From contig CAVRAY010000001.1 of the NCBI GenBank assembly GCA_963719225.1, positions 2,304,001 to 2,368,000 of the forward strand: 64,000 nt of DNA, given 5' to 3'. This DNA is from Thermoanaerobaculia bacterium. GTDB taxonomy: Bacteria; Acidobacteriota; Thermoanaerobaculia; UBA5066. Within the stretch, counting starts at the first letter, position 1, and each line of letters starts with the position of its first letter. Below are positions 49,175-63,936 of this stretch, in pieces. Position numbers and translations under genes: made by a program. The notes beneath the pieces were generated by a model. It searched no databases. It worked only from the letters and a program-made list of their open reading frames with translations, and was not told where the DNA came from.

Positions 49175-49669
49175 CTACGCAACCACCTCCGCAAGCACCT
49201 CGCCGAGCGTCACGCGCTGCCCCTCGGCGACGAACAGCTCCGTCACCGTCCCCTCGTGCGGCGCGGCAATCGGGTTCTCCATCTTCATTGCCTCGACGAG
49301 GAGGAGGACCTGACCGGCGCTCACGTAGGCGCCGCGCTCGACGAAGAGGCGCGTGATCACGCCGGGGATCGGGGCCTTCACGCGACCGTCGCCGCTCGCG
49401 GGCCTCGTGCCGGCGCTGTCGAGGTCGCGCACCTCGAGCGGGAAGTAGCCGGCCGCGGACCGCACCCACCTGAGCCCGGTGTCGAAGAGCGCCTCCACGG
49501 GACGGCCCTCGACGACGACGACGCCGAACGAACCCGAGGCGTGCTGGCGCGGCGAGAGCAGGACCTGCTCGCCGTCGACGGTCACGAAGGGCTCGTCCGA
49601 TGCGATCTGGCGCTGATCGAGCTCGACCGTGTAGGTCCGTTCTTCGAGCGTCACCGCGATCCGTCTCAT
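49175..49669 (-). CDS. biotin carboxyl carrier protein
   Basis: VKAPIPG...VEAMKMEN, ATG 49669. Confidence 0.9.
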   Translation of the reverse strand: MRRIAVTLEERTYTVELDQRQIASDEPFVTVDGEQVLLSPRQHASGSFGVVVVEGRPVEALFDTGLRWVRSAAGYFPLEVRDLDSAGTRPASGDGRVKAPIPGVITRLFVERGAYVSAGQVLLLVEAMKMENPIAAPHEGTVTELFVAEGQRVTLGEVLAEVVA

Positions 49670-49685
49670 GTCGTTGCGCCTTTTC

Positions 49686-51175
49686 TCACGGGACCCGGCG
49701 GCTCTCGCGGAACCATCCGGTGAGCGCTTCCTCGGGCAGCTCGGGTTTGAAGTCGAGGTGGTGACGGACGTACGCGAGCGCCGCGGCGACGGCGAGGTCG
49801 CGGCGGTGGCGCTCGTCCCCGTCTCCCCGGAGCAAAGCGGGCGAGAAGAACGAAGAGTCGTATTCGCCGGCGCGAAAGCGGGGATCACGCACGAGCCTGA
49901 CGTGCAGGGACACGTCGTTCCCCACGCCGACGAACGTCATCTCGACGAGCGCCCGCGTGAGCCTGCGGACCGCGATCTCCCGCGTCTCGCCGCGGACCGC
50001 GACCGTCGCAAGCCCCGGATCGTAGGCTTCGGGCACGTCGGCGCCGGGCACGAGATGCGTGTCGGTGCGGACGTTCGGCCCTCCCGGGAGACGCATCCAC
50101 TGCACGCGCCCGGGTGAAGGCAGGAACCCGTGCCACGGGTCCTGGGCGTTGATGCGGCACTGGATGGAATGGCCGCGCGTCGCCGCCGCCTCCGTCAGCG
50201 ACGCATCGAGGAGCTCGCCCGCGGCCAGACGGAGCTGCCAGGAGACGAGATCGATCCCGGTCAGCATCTCGGTCACCACGTGCTCACGCTGGAGCCGGGG
50301 TTTGATCTCGGTGAAGAGGAACCGTCCGTCCGGCAGCCCGAGAAACTCGACGGTGGAGGCGCCGCGACAACCGAACAGCCGCGTGAGCCGCCCGGCCTTC
50401 TCGTGGAGCTCGCGCCGGGCCGCGGAACCGAGCCACGGGGACGGGGACTCGTCGACCAGCTTCTGGTTTCCGCGCTGGACCGAGCCCTCGCGCTCTCCCA
50501 GCACGGCGATCTCTCCGGCTTCGTCGGCGAGGACCTGGACGCCAAGGACATGGACGCGGCGGAAATAGCGCTCGAGGAAGACCCGGCGGTTGCCGTAGTT
50601 GAGCTCGGTCTGCTCCTGGGCACCTCTGAACGCCTCGACGAACTGCTCCGGCTTGCGCACGAGGCGCATGCCCCGGCCGCGCCCGCCACGGGTCGACTTC
50701 ACGAGGAGCGGGTAGCCGAAGCGGGCCGCGTCCTCCTCCGCCGCCTTCTGCTGCCCCTCGTCGTAGGACCTCGGCGAATGCTCGGGCGTCTCGAAGCCCG
50801 CTGCCTCTGCCGAGCGCATCGCGCCGACCTTGTCCGAGACCGCCGAGAGCGCCGTCGAATCGGGCCCGACGAATCGGATTCCCGCCGTCTCGCAGAGCCT
50901 GACGAAACGCGAGTTCTCGGCAAAGTAGCCGTAGCCGGGGTGGACGGCGTCGCAGCCGCGCGCCTTCGCGATCGCGAGCAGTTGCTCCGCGTCGCGGTAG
51001 CCGAGCGGGCCGGTGAGCTCGGCACACCCGTCGGCGAGCCGGACGGCAAGGGCCTCCCGCTCGAGAGGCTCGTACACGGCAACCGACGAGAGTCCGAGGT
51101 CGCGGCAGGTCCGGAGGACGCGCACGGCGACTTCGCCCCGGTTGGCCACGAGAACGCGCCGGAACGCGCCCGAGC

Positions 51176-51179
<4 letters not shown>
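49686..51179 (-). CDS. accC: biotin carboxylase subunit
   Basis: [53 protein letters not shown]. Confidence 0.85.
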
Positions 51180-52754
<1,575 letters not shown>

Positions 52755-53503
52755 GGTGGTCCTTTCCGAGGAGCGCCGACGACCGCGCGGCCAGCGTCAG
52801 GACGAAGCGGCCTCGAACGCTCCAGAGGCCCGAGAAAGGAATCTCGCCGGCGCCAATGCCGGCCGCGCAGAGGGCGTCGAAGCGGCGCCAGGCTTCCCTT
52901 CTGGGGCGGAGAAGCTCGTCCGCAGGCTCGATCGAGAGGCGGATCTCCACGCTTCTCGTGTCGACGGAGAGTCCGAGTGAAAGAGCCTTGAGAACCGACT
53001 CCTTCGCGCTCCAGATCGCGTTCGCGAGAAGGGGTTGCTCCTCAGGAGGGGACTCCTCCCACGCGGCGGCCTCGGCGGGCGTGAAAAAGACGCTCGACGA
53101 AAGCCCGGGAGCGCGGCTCGATCCACTCGACGTCGCCCCCGATCGCGGCTTTGCCCGTCGGCGCCGGGAGGAGCGCGCAGAACGCGGCGCCATGCGCGTG
53201 GCTGACCGAGAGGCAGACCGGCAGCCGCTCTCCCGAGACGAGACGAACGAACGGAGCACCCGAGCCCTCGGTGGCGATCTCGAACGTCTCGGGCCCAAGC
53301 GCGCGACCGAGGATGTCGGATGCGGAGTCGCTCACGAGGCGCTTTGCGGTGAAGCGGCCGAGGAGCCACTCGTCCCGCCTCTTCGGCACGTGAAAGGTCG
53401 CGAGGCGCGCGTTCTCGAACGGCGTGAGCCAGGCAACGGGTGGATTGCAGTCCGGCAGCCCGGCCAAAGTCTCGAAGGCGGTCCGGAGCGACGTCTGCGT
53501 CAT
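52755..53503 (-). CDS. 4'-phosphopantetheinyl transferase (Sfp-like); frameshifted, 3' end uncertain
   Basis: [44 protein letters not shown]. Confidence 0.85.
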
Positions 53504-56500
53504 GGATTGCCTCGAGGGTCACGCCCTCCTGGAACGCCACGGTGCGATAGCCGTTCACCTCCACGAAGACGCGCCCGTCCTCGTCCACGACCGCGCGTCG
53601 AAGGAAGACCCGGCGTCTCTCGCCGTGACGAGCGCGAAGAGCCGCCGGCCTCCGCTGTCCTCCTCGCCGCGGGAGACGCGAATGACATCCACGGAGGCCG
53701 GCAGCGCAGGCGCTGCCGCCTGAAAGCTCCCAGACCCCGCCGTCTGGAAGCAGAGCTCGAGCAGACGGGGCGCCGCGAGTGACGCGGCGGACGAGGGCGC
53801 CGCATTCGGGGGCAGATCGGGCGCCATGGATCCGAGAGCCTCGTCGCCGTTCAGCGAGACCCCTTCCAGAACCCGATAGGCCGGCCCGTGGAAGTAAACG
53901 CGGTAAACCGCGTCTCGGGTGATCGGCAGACCGCTCGGTCCGGGAGGCGTGAACGCAACCGCCGGAGGCTCGGGCACGGTTCCGAGGACGACGCGGGCGC
54001 CGGAAGTGGACGAGCCTCACTGCAGCTGAGCTCCGGCTTCGGTCGCACCTCCGAGCGGAGGAGCGTGTCGAAGACGACTCGCCGGCTCGCGGGATGCGCC
54101 GCGGCGCTAAGGTAGAAGGGTCTGCGGCTTCATGCGGTAGAACTTGAACGGGCCTCTCGAAGACGACATCTTCGTGCGCGCGAAGCCGTCCCCCGACGCG
54201 AGCGGTCGCGACCTCGGCGAAGGCTTCGGCGCCCATCACGCCGGCAGCAGCGGCGTCCCCTCGATCTGGTGATCGTAGAGGAACGGCTGAACGTTCGGGT
54301 CGAGCGTCGTCTCGACTTCCAGACCCGCCGTAGAGCGTCGCCGCCTTGACCGCGCCGATCATGCCGAGCGATGCGTACGCCGCCCAGTCGGCTGACCTTC
54401 GGCAGGTCGAGCCCGCCCGTCCCGTCCGAGTTCCTTGCAGGACGCCGAGCCGCTCGCCGACGACGATCTCGCCCCGGAAGCCGCCCGCGACCAGCTCGCG
54501 CCGCACGGTCGGGATACCGGACTCGGGCGGCAGCATGTCGATGCCCGCCATCTCCATGATCCGCGGGATCGAGCCGCGCGTCGCCATGCCGATGCCGCCC
54601 CACGCCGTCCAGTCGATGGCGATGCCGCGTGTTTCTGGTCGCCAGTGGCGTAGAGCTGCTGGTGATCTTGCACAGCAGGTCGTTGGCGGCGCTGTAATCG
54701 GTCTGCCCGCTGTTGCCAAAGCGCCCGGCGACCGAGCTAAAGGCGACCGTCGCGCCGATGCGGCAGATCCCCTTCGCCGCTGCAGCAGGCTGAAGAAGCC
54801 GTCCGCCTTGATGTCGAAGACGAGATTGAACTGCGCCGCGTCCTTATCGCCCAGATTGCGGCTGATTTCGACGCCGCCCGCGTGGACCAGCACGTCGATC
54901 CGCCCGTACGGCTGGCGGATTTCCTCGACGACCGCGCTCGACCGCTGCGCCGTCGAGCAGGTTGACGCTGCGATAGTAGGCTGTTCCGCCCGCCGCCTGA
55001 CCGCCTCGACTGCCCGCAGCGCCGCTTCCTCGCGCTCAATCGCCATGATCTGCTTGTCGATCTGCGCAGGAGTCGGGCTTTCGCCCGCCGCTTTGCGCTC
55101 CTCGATCAGCGCCGCCTTGAGCGCATCCTTGTCGCTGCGGAAAAGCGCGATCTTCGGATCGTTCGCGTCGGGCAGCGCTGACCAGATCGAGCAGGTAGAA
55201 AATGCCGCCGCTCGCTGCCGCCAGATCGCCGACGATGGCGCTGGTGATGCCGCCCGCCGCCCCGGTGACGAGGAACACGGTATCTTTGCCGAGCGTCAGG
55301 CCGGGCGCGCCGTCGGCGGCGGGCTGCTCCACCAGCGTGACGCTGTAGCGATTGCCGTCGTAGTAGCCGACCTCGACCACGCCCGGATCGCTCAGCGTTT
55401 CGGCGATCAGCGCGTCCGCCGGATCAGCCGTCTTGCGGCTGACTTCAAAATCGACCGCTTTGACGAGCGCATCGCCGCGCTCGCGCTTGTAGGCTTTGGC
55501 GAAGCCGGTCACTGCCCCGCCGAGCGGCGCGCTGCGCGCCGTCCGCCGTAGCCATGCAGTCCGCCCAGCCGCGTCGCGGCGATCAGGAAAGTCCCTGCCG
55601 TGCTGATCGCGTCGTAGAGGACGCGCATCGTGATCGAGAGGTTCTTGACGCGCTGGCGGTTGAGTTCGCGCCACAGCTCCAGATCCAGCTTCGAGCGCCG
55701 GTTCCACGTCGAGCGCGGGCAGCCAGTAGACGCCCTGGATCGCGCCTTCGCTCAGCCACGCCTTGACCTGCGCTTCCAGCGTCGGCGCTGTTGGGCGCAT
55801 TCTTCGACCGTCAAGCGCGGTCACGCCGCGTTTTTGCAGCCGGTTGATCAGCGCCTTGACCGACGCCGCCCATGTCGAGCGCGACGATCACGCGGCTGTT
55901 TTCATCGAGCGTCACGCCGTCGGCTTGCACCAGTCGAGCGGCGGGCGCAGCGATGGCACAGGCACGCGGCGCGGGATGCGATCCGCCGCTTCGAGCGAAG
56001 CACTCCGGACGTACGGCGCAGGACGCGACGCCGGCGCAGGCGTCGGCGCGCTTCGGGCTCCGGCGGCTGCGCCAGGTCGGGCGCGACTCGCGCACGAAGT
56101 CGATCACTTTCGCCAGCGTCGGGTAGTCGCGCAGCTTCAGGTCGTCGCGGCGCGGAATGTCGAACGCCTGCCGGATCGCCGCGAACGTCTCCGCCTGCTT
56201 GACCGTATCGATCCCCAGGTCGGCTTCCATGTCGAGATCGAGTTCCAGCATCTCCACCGGGTAGCCGGTCTGCTCGGCGACAATCTCCAGCACTTTCGCC
56301 GTCACTGGCCGCCGCCCGCGCATGCGGGCTGGCGCTTCGGGCGGCGCTTCGGTGATCGCCGAGGCTCCGTCGCGTTCGCGGCGACGGTGCAGGCGGACGC
56401 TATCCGGTTCGGGCGGCTGCGCCAGATCGGGGCGCGAAGTCGCGCACAAAGTCGATCACCTTCGCCAGCGTCGGGTAGTCGCGCAGCTTCATGTCGTCGC

Positions 56501-59500
56501 GGCGCGGGATGTCGAACGCCTGCCGAATCGCCGCGAACGTCTCCGCCTGCTTGACCGTGTCGATCCCCAGTCGGCTTCCATGTCGAGATCGAGTTCGAGC
56601 ATCTCCACCGGATAGCCCGTCTGCGCGGCGACGATTGCCAGCACCGTTCGCGACCAGCGGTCGGTCCGCTGGCGGGCGCGGCTGGCGAGTCGGAACAGGC
56701 GGCTCGACGCGCTGCGGCACCTGCGAGACCGCTCAGGGATTCGGGCTCGACTTCCACCTTGACGCACTGGCACCGGCTGGGCTCGGCACGATCTCCGGCT
56801 TTCGGTCTTGGGACGGATGCGGCGGGTCTCCGGCGCGTGCGACCGCGCGAGCGCTGGACGGCGGCACCGGCAGCGGCGTTGGCGGCAAATGGCGTGCGCA
56901 CCGTCGGCCCGTGCCGGAGCGCCAGACGTTCGGCGCGGGGGCGCGCGGCGGAAAGCCCTGCTCCTTGACGCGCAGCACGCGCTTGACGACTTCGGTCTCG
57001 GCGCTGTCGTAGCCGCTGACGGCATCCAGCCAGTGCTGATAGAGCGGCGCGTTGTCGACGCGGTTCAAGCCGCCGGGGATGCGTCGGGTCAGCGTCATCG
57101 CGATCTGCGAGCCGAAGCCCGCCGCCAGATGCAGCACGTACTGCACCGGGTAGCGTCCGCCCCGGCTCAGGTTGAGCCTGCCGAGGTCGGGATCGACTTC
57201 CTTGAAGTTCGGCACAGGCGGGACAATGCCGTGTTCGAGGATTTTCACGGCGATCACGTCCTCGATGCCGACGCCCATCGGATGCCCGGTGAAGCCCTTG
57301 GTGTTGGCGATGATGATCTCGCTCGGCGGCGTCGCCGAAGGTCTGGCGCAGCGCGACGACCTCGGCCGCAGCGCTGCCGCCGCGCGCGGGCGTGAATGTC
57401 TCGTGCGACATGAAGACCATCTGCGGCGCCATCGCCGCGCGATGCAGGCCGAAGCGCCGCTCCGCCGCCGTGACCAGGCTCTCCATCACCGGGGCGATGT
57501 GGTCAACGTCCAGGCGCGTGCCGTGATAGGCGCTGTTGCGCGTCTCGCTGCTCAGCACTTCGACGATTCCGCGCATCCCGCGCTCGCGCACCGCGTCTTC
57601 GCTCTCGACCACCAGCGCGCAGGCGCCCATGCCGAGGATCGTGCCGTGACGGCGGCGGTCGAACGGGAGCGCCGCTTCGTCGACGCGGTCGTCGGTGGCG
57701 GCTGCGCCCGTCGCCAGAAAGCCCGCGCCGACCCATTCCATCAGGTGTTCGCTGGTCACGTCGTCCGCGCCGATCACGATCACGCGGCGGCAGCGCCCGG
57801 CGCGAATCCAGTCCTCGGCCATGCCGATCGCCTGAGTCGTGCTGGCGCAGGCGGCGTTGACATGGGTGTTCGGGCCGCGCGCGCCGACATACTCGGCGAA
57901 CTGGCTGTGACCCATCGCCAGGATGCGGAAGAGGAAGCGGCGGTCAAATTCATACGGCTCGCGCTCCAGCTAATCGCGCAGGTCAGCCGTCGCGGCGGCT
58001 GATCTCGCTCAGCGTGTCGGCGTCGGTGGTGTAGCGGCGCAGGTCTTCGAGCAGCTCAAGCTGGTCGAGCCGATTTTGATAGGTGTAGTAGCGCCTGAAT
58101 TCGTCGGCGAAGCGGTCGCCGCCGGGGAAGGCGCTGGCGAAGATCACGCCGGTTTCGTCGCGCAGGCTCGGCGGCAGCATCCAGCGATCCGGCAGGTGCT
58201 TGCCGGTCGAGGTGGCGCGGTAGGTCTGCACCAGCGGAATGCCCGCCTCGCGCAGCGCATCCAGCCCGGCAGCCATCGCCAACTGGGTCGTGATGTCGAG
58301 CGCCTCGATCAGTTTTTCCGGCACGCCGTATTCTTCGTGCAGGTCAAACGAGCCAGGGCGCCCGGCCAGCTTGATCACCTCGTCGGGATCGTTGATGGTC
58401 TCGAAGCTGCCGCTGCCGTCCTCGGATTTGACCAGCCGCGTGACGTGCTTGGCGAGCATCCGCTTGCGGAAGCGCTCCGGGATCAGGTCGATGAACTGCT
58501 CGCCGCGCAGGATGCGCTGCGGCGTTGTCGGGGTCCATCACCGGCTTTTCGGCGCCCGGCAGACCCAGACCCGTCCCGCTGATGATGATCGAGCCGGCGG
58601 GCGGATCGTTGCGGTCGAACGGGCGCGGCGCGACTGCCTGCTGAAGCGTCTGTACCAGCGCGCTGAGCAGTCTCCAGCGAATAGCGGCGCTGAGCCGTTG
58701 GGTGAGGGCATGGTTCACGTCAGTCCTTCTGGTTGAGTGAATGGCGACAGGTGGCGGCGCAGACGGCTGTCTGCGCGCTCGCGGATTCGCTGTAGTAGCC
58801 GGCTGCGTACAGGCCGCACAGCGCCTGATTAAACGAGGGAAGCTCGCCCTGCTTGGGATGGCAGGTGAACAGCGAGAGCACGTCGGTCTGCCCGGCGAAC
58901 ACGTCGTCGGCAAAGCCCTTGAGCGCCCGCTTGGGCCCGACTTCGACGAAGGTGCGCACGCCGTTGGCATAGAGCGTTTCCAGCCCCTTGACCCACTGCA
59001 CGGGCGAGGCGATCTGCCGTTGCAAATGTCCTTGATCGCTTCGACGCTCGTCGGGTAAAGCTCGCCGGTCACGTTGGCGACCAGCGGCAGCTTCGGCGGC
59101 GCGATGTGCAGCCGATCCAGCACGCGGCGCAGCGGCTCGCTGGCCGGAGCGACGATCCGGGTGTGGAAGGCGTGGCTGACCGGTACCTGCACGACCTTGT
59201 AGCCCTTCGCCTCGAACAGCGCGATCGCCTGCTGCACCGCATCGCTGTCGCCGCCGATCACGCACTGGCTGCGGCTGTTGATGTTCGCCGGGACAACGTA
59301 GCCATCGATCTCCTTGAGCGTCGCCTCGACCACGTCAATCGGCGCGATCACCGCCGCCATCTGGCCGTTGTCGTCCATGCTGACCTTGCTCATCTCGCTG
59401 CCGCGCGCGGCGGCGGCTTCGAGCGCGTCGGCAAACGGCATGATCCCGGCGGCGATCAGCGCGGCATATTCGCCGAGCGAGTGCCCCATGACCATATCCG

Positions 59501-61607
59501 GCTTGAAGCCGTAGGCGTCCAGCAGGCGGTAGATCGCGATGTCGAGCGTCAGCATGGCGGGCTGGGTGATCGCCGTCTGCATCAGATCGAATTCGGCCTG
59601 CATCAGCGCGGACGGATCGTCGGCATCGACGAAGATATACGAGGTCAGCGGCTTGCCGAGGATCGGCGTCATGACGCGCGTCGGCTTCCGCGAACACCTC
59701 GGCGACCAGCGGCGAGACGCTTCGCCAGATCGCGCCCCATGTTGACATACTGGCTGCCCTGACCGGGGAACAGGAAGGCGACCTTGCCGGGCTTGGCCGC
59801 TGCCCCGGAAAATCCCCTGCGGCTGCATCGCCTTCCATGCCTGCGGGTTGTCGAAGCTCATGGCTTTGCTGGCGGTTTGCAGCCGCGCCAGCAGTTCGTC
59901 GTGATCGCCGAAGTCGATCACGAGGCGTTCGCTGCGCGCGCAGATCGAGCGGGTTCGGGAAGGCGACCGGCGGCGTCCAGCCGGACTGCACGCGCTTGAG
60001 CGCGGCATCGAGTCTTCTCTTGCAGTTCTTTCGGCGTGGCCGCGCCGAGCGCGAGAGATGCCGCGCAGCGGCGCAGGACGGCGGGGTCGAGACTTGGCCG
60101 TTGGATGGCGATCGCCGTTCGTCGCTGGCGCTGTCGCCGTTGACCGACACGCCAGCGTACGACTTGCTCTTTTGCGTCAGCGTGCCGGGGACATGTTCCT
60201 CCATCACGAGGTGGAAGTTCGTGCCGCCGAAGCCGTAGGCGCTCACGCCCGCAGCGGCGCGGCGTGCCGTCGGGCTTCGCCCATTCGCGCGCTTCGTGAT
60301 TCAGGTAGAAAGGGCTGTGCGCGAAGTCGATATTCGGGTTCGGGCGCTCGGAGTTGAGCGTCGGCGGCAGAATTTTGTGGTAGACGGCCAGCGTCGCCTT
60401 CAGCAAGCCCGCCGCGCCCGCGCCGGCTTTCAGGTGGCCGATGTTGCTCTTGACCGAGCCGAGCGCGATGCTGTGCCGCGCGGCGCCGTGCTGCCGAAAA
60501 TCTTCGCTCAGGCTCTCGACTTCGACCACATCGCCGACTCTGTGTGCTGGTGCCGTGCGCCTCGACCAGCGTCGCCGTCGCCGGGTCAAGCCCGGCGTTT
60601 TCCCAGGCGCGCTGGATGGCGAACTGCTGCCCGACCGGGTTCGGCGCGGTGATGCCCTTGCCGCTGCCCGTCGCTCGAGCCGCCGACGCCGCGAATGACC
60701 GCGTAGATCTTGTCGCCGTCGCGCTCGGCATCGTCCAGCCGCTTGAGCAGGAACGCCGCCGCAGCCTTCGCCCATGACAAAGCCGTCGGCGCCGTCGCCA
60801 AACGGGCGGCTGCCGGTCGCGCTCAGCGCGCCGATCTTGCAGAACTTGACGAAGCGTCGAAGCGCCCATGTTGCGATCCACGCCGCCGGTGATCACGGCA
60901 TCGACACTGATGCTCGATCAGCAGCTCGACGGCGGCATTGACGGCGGCGAAGCTGGAGGCGCAGGCGGCGTCGGTGATGAAGTTGGGTCCGCGCAGGTCG
61001 AGCACGTTGGCGACGCGCCCGGAGACGATGTTCGCCAGCTCGCCGGGCATCGAGTCTTCGGTGACGGGCGGCAGCGTGTCGTCGATCACGCCGTGCCAGT
61101 GGTCGCGGATGGCGCTGCGCACGTCCTGCAGGCAGCGCCTGAAATTCGGGCGACGGCTTCGAGCGCACGCGCGTATTCGGGGAACGAAACGCGCAGATGC
61201 GTCTGATAGTGCAGCTCGCCGCCCATCGCCGTGCCCAGAATGACCGCCGTCCGCTCGGTGTTCAGCGGTCGTTCGGGATAGCCGTAATCGGCCAGCGCTT
61301 CGGCGGCAATCGTCACCGCCCACTGCTGCCCCTGATCCATGGCGGCGGCGACTCGCGGCGGGATGCGAAAGCGCTTCCAGTCGAACTCGAAGCCGCGCAC
61401 CCAGCCGCCGATCTTGCTGTAGGTCTTGTCCGGGCGGCTCGGGTCGGGTCATAGTAGTCGGCCGTGCTCCAGCGCTCCGGCGGCACTTCGGTGATGCTGT
61501 AGCGTTTGTTGAAGATATTGTTCCAGAAAGCGGACGCGTCGGGCGCGTCCGGGAGAATGGCGCCCAGCCCCACAATCGCGATGGCTCGTTCGGCGTCTTT
61601 CGCTCAT
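53500..61607 (-). CDS. type I polyketide/fatty-acid synthase KS-AT-KS-ACP-ACP-KR-DH; heavily frameshifted as assembled
   Basis: KS1 [35 protein letters not shown]2 [23 protein letters not shown], two ACPs [47 protein letters not shown]. Confidence 0.85.
56090..56650 (-). repeat. two ~200-bp direct repeats encoding tandem ACP domains
   Basis: [44 protein letters not shown](L/M)[16 protein letters not shown] occurs twice, ~350 bp apart. Confidence 0.9.
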
Positions 61608-61617
61608 GCTCTTCCCT

Positions 61618-63251
61618 CTAGCCGCCGCGAACGCCTCGACGAGCCCTCTGGCGACCACGTCCATATCGGCGATCAAGCCGGTCTGCGCCTGATAGAGCGC
61701 CGGCGAGGTTGAGTGCCGACGCGAGATCGGGTCGGTTTGCCCCGCGCCGATCGTCCAGCGCAGCCCGTCGAGGCGACCTTGAGGCCGCTTCGCGGGCGAA
61801 AATGCGGGCCAGCGCCTGGCGCGGCGGATATCCAGCGGGATCGCTTCGGTCGGTTTCTGACGACGCGCTCGGCGAAGACCGCCGCCCCTTCGGCATAGGC
61901 GATCAGCTCGCCCAGCCGGAACAGGACGTGCTGGCTGCGCGTCAGCCGGTCGAGCCGGCAGCGCTCGAAGAACGCGCCAGCGCGCGCATCGCCAGCGCCG
62001 CGAAGCGGAGCGCCCGTTGTCCGGCTCGAGCTGCCGCTCTGCGCTCGAGCCGCGCCGCCCAGTCGTTGTAATATGCGCCGCGCGTCTTCAGGTGGAGCTG
62101 CCAGCGGTCGCGCGCAATCGTCCACTCCATGATCTCGGACGTGCCTTCGTAGATCGTCGTGATGCGCACGTCGCGCTTGATCTTCTCGACCATGTATTCT
62201 TTGGTGTAGCCGTAGCCGCCGTGACGCCTGAATGGCGTCTTCGGCCGCTTTGTTGCCGGCCTCGGTCGCCAGATATTTGGCGACTGCGCCTTCGGTCGCC
62301 AGATCCTGTTCGCCGCCGTCGAGCCGCTCCGCCACCCATTCGATGTAGGTGCGCGCCGCTTCCAGCCGCGCGGCATTGGGCACGATCAGCTTATGGGTGT
62401 AGCCCTGTTTCTTGCTGAGGGGCCCGCCTGCCTGCACGCGCTCCTGCGAGTAGCGGATCGCGCGGCGCAGCGCTTCCCAGCCCGCGCCCAGACCGAACGC
62501 GCCGACCATCAGGCGGGTGTAGCCGAAGACGGCCTGCGCCTGCGCCAGACCCTGCCCTTCGACGCAGCCAACCAGCCGATCCGGCGTGACGAACACATCT
62601 TCGAGAAACAGCGCCGCCGTGTTGCTGGCGCGGATGCCATGCTTGTCTTCCGGCTTGCCCTGCGTGAATCCGGGCTGTCCCGCTCGACGATGAACCACGA
62701 CGGACCGCCCGGCGCGAGCGCCAGAATCGTGTACAGGTCGGCGACGCCGCCGTTGCTGATCCACTGCTTGCGCCCGGTGATCTTGTACCCGGTCAGCTGC
62801 CCGTCTTCGAGCACGGGGACGGCTTTGGTCGTCAGCGACGCCAGATCGCTGCCAGCCTGAGGCTCGGTCGCGCCGTAGGCGACCAGCAGCGACTCGTCGG
62901 CGAGCCGCCTCATCCAGTCGACTTCTGCTCCGGCGTCGCGCCGACGGTGATCGGGTCGGTTCCGAGGAACGTCGCCAGCACGCCGGTCGCAATGCCGAGG
63001 TCGATGGCGGCCATGACCTCGGAGACGCGATAAATGTCATGCGCTCCGCCGCCGAGCCCTCCGGCCTCTTCAGGAATAAAGAGGAGATGGAGACCGATCT
63101 GCGACGGGTCGTACAGATCTTTCAGGGTTTTCGCCGGGAAGGCATCTTCTTGATCGAGCTTCAAAAGGAAGGCAGGCGTGAGCTCCCGTTCCGCGTAATC
63201 GCGCACCGTCGACAGGAGCATCTCGAGCACGTCGGTATCGAGCCGCGGCAT
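61618..63251 (-). CDS. acyl-CoA dehydrogenase family protein with C-terminal extension; multiple frameshifts
   Basis: [69 protein letters not shown]. Confidence 0.88.
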
Positions 63252-63416
63252 ACCAAACTCCGCTACGTCTGGAAGTCCAGCAGACGTCGAAGAGAGGATA
63301 GGGTCCAGCCGAGACGCAAACTTGATGCATATGCACTGTTCAATCCCGCATAAACGCGCACGGTTGCAGTGGATCGCGAGGGCGCGAGGGCTAAGATCCG
63401 GCGCTGGAGGTGAATC

Positions 63417-63902
63417 TTGAAAACCACTCGTCACGGGGCTGTCCTGGCCGCAGCGCTCCTCCTCATGGCATCTCCCGCGTTCACGCAAGAGCATCCGGCG
63501 GGGCACGAGCATCCCGCGAAGGGTGAGCACCCGAAATCCGAGAAGGCGAAGACCGTCACGACCGCCGACCTCGACAAGGCCATCAAGGCGAGGATCGCCG
63601 AAAAGACGAAGTCCGACGGCGGGGTCTTCAAGGTGGAGGACAAGGTTCTGAACAGGACCTGGGACCTCACGCTGGTCAAGGTTCACACCGACAAGCTGAC
63701 GCCGCTCTCGGCCGACACCTACTTCGCGTGCACGGACTTCAAGGCCAAGGACGGCACGCTGGTGGACGTCGACTTCTACTTGAAGAACGAGTCCGGGAAG
63801 CTCGTGATCACCGACACGACGGTTCACAAGATCAACGGCAAGGCCCGCTTCAACTATGTCGAGAAGAACGGCGTGTGGGTCCGGGAAGAGGTCAAGGGCT
63901 AG
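63417..63902 (+). CDS. secreted protein with N-terminal EHP repeats
   Basis: GGAGG RBS, TTG start, signal peptide, [23 protein letters not shown]. Confidence 0.75.
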   Translation: MKTTRHGAVLAAALLLMASPAFTQEHPAGHEHPAKGEHPKSEKAKTVTTADLDKAIKARIAEKTKSDGGVFKVEDKVLNRTWDLTLVKVHTDKLTPLSADTYFACTDFKAKDGTLVDVDFYLKNESGKLVITDTTVHKINGKARFNYVEKNGVWVREEVKG

Positions 63903-63936
63903 AACGGGCGCCTGGCCGAAAGGGGCAGGCGGGCCG

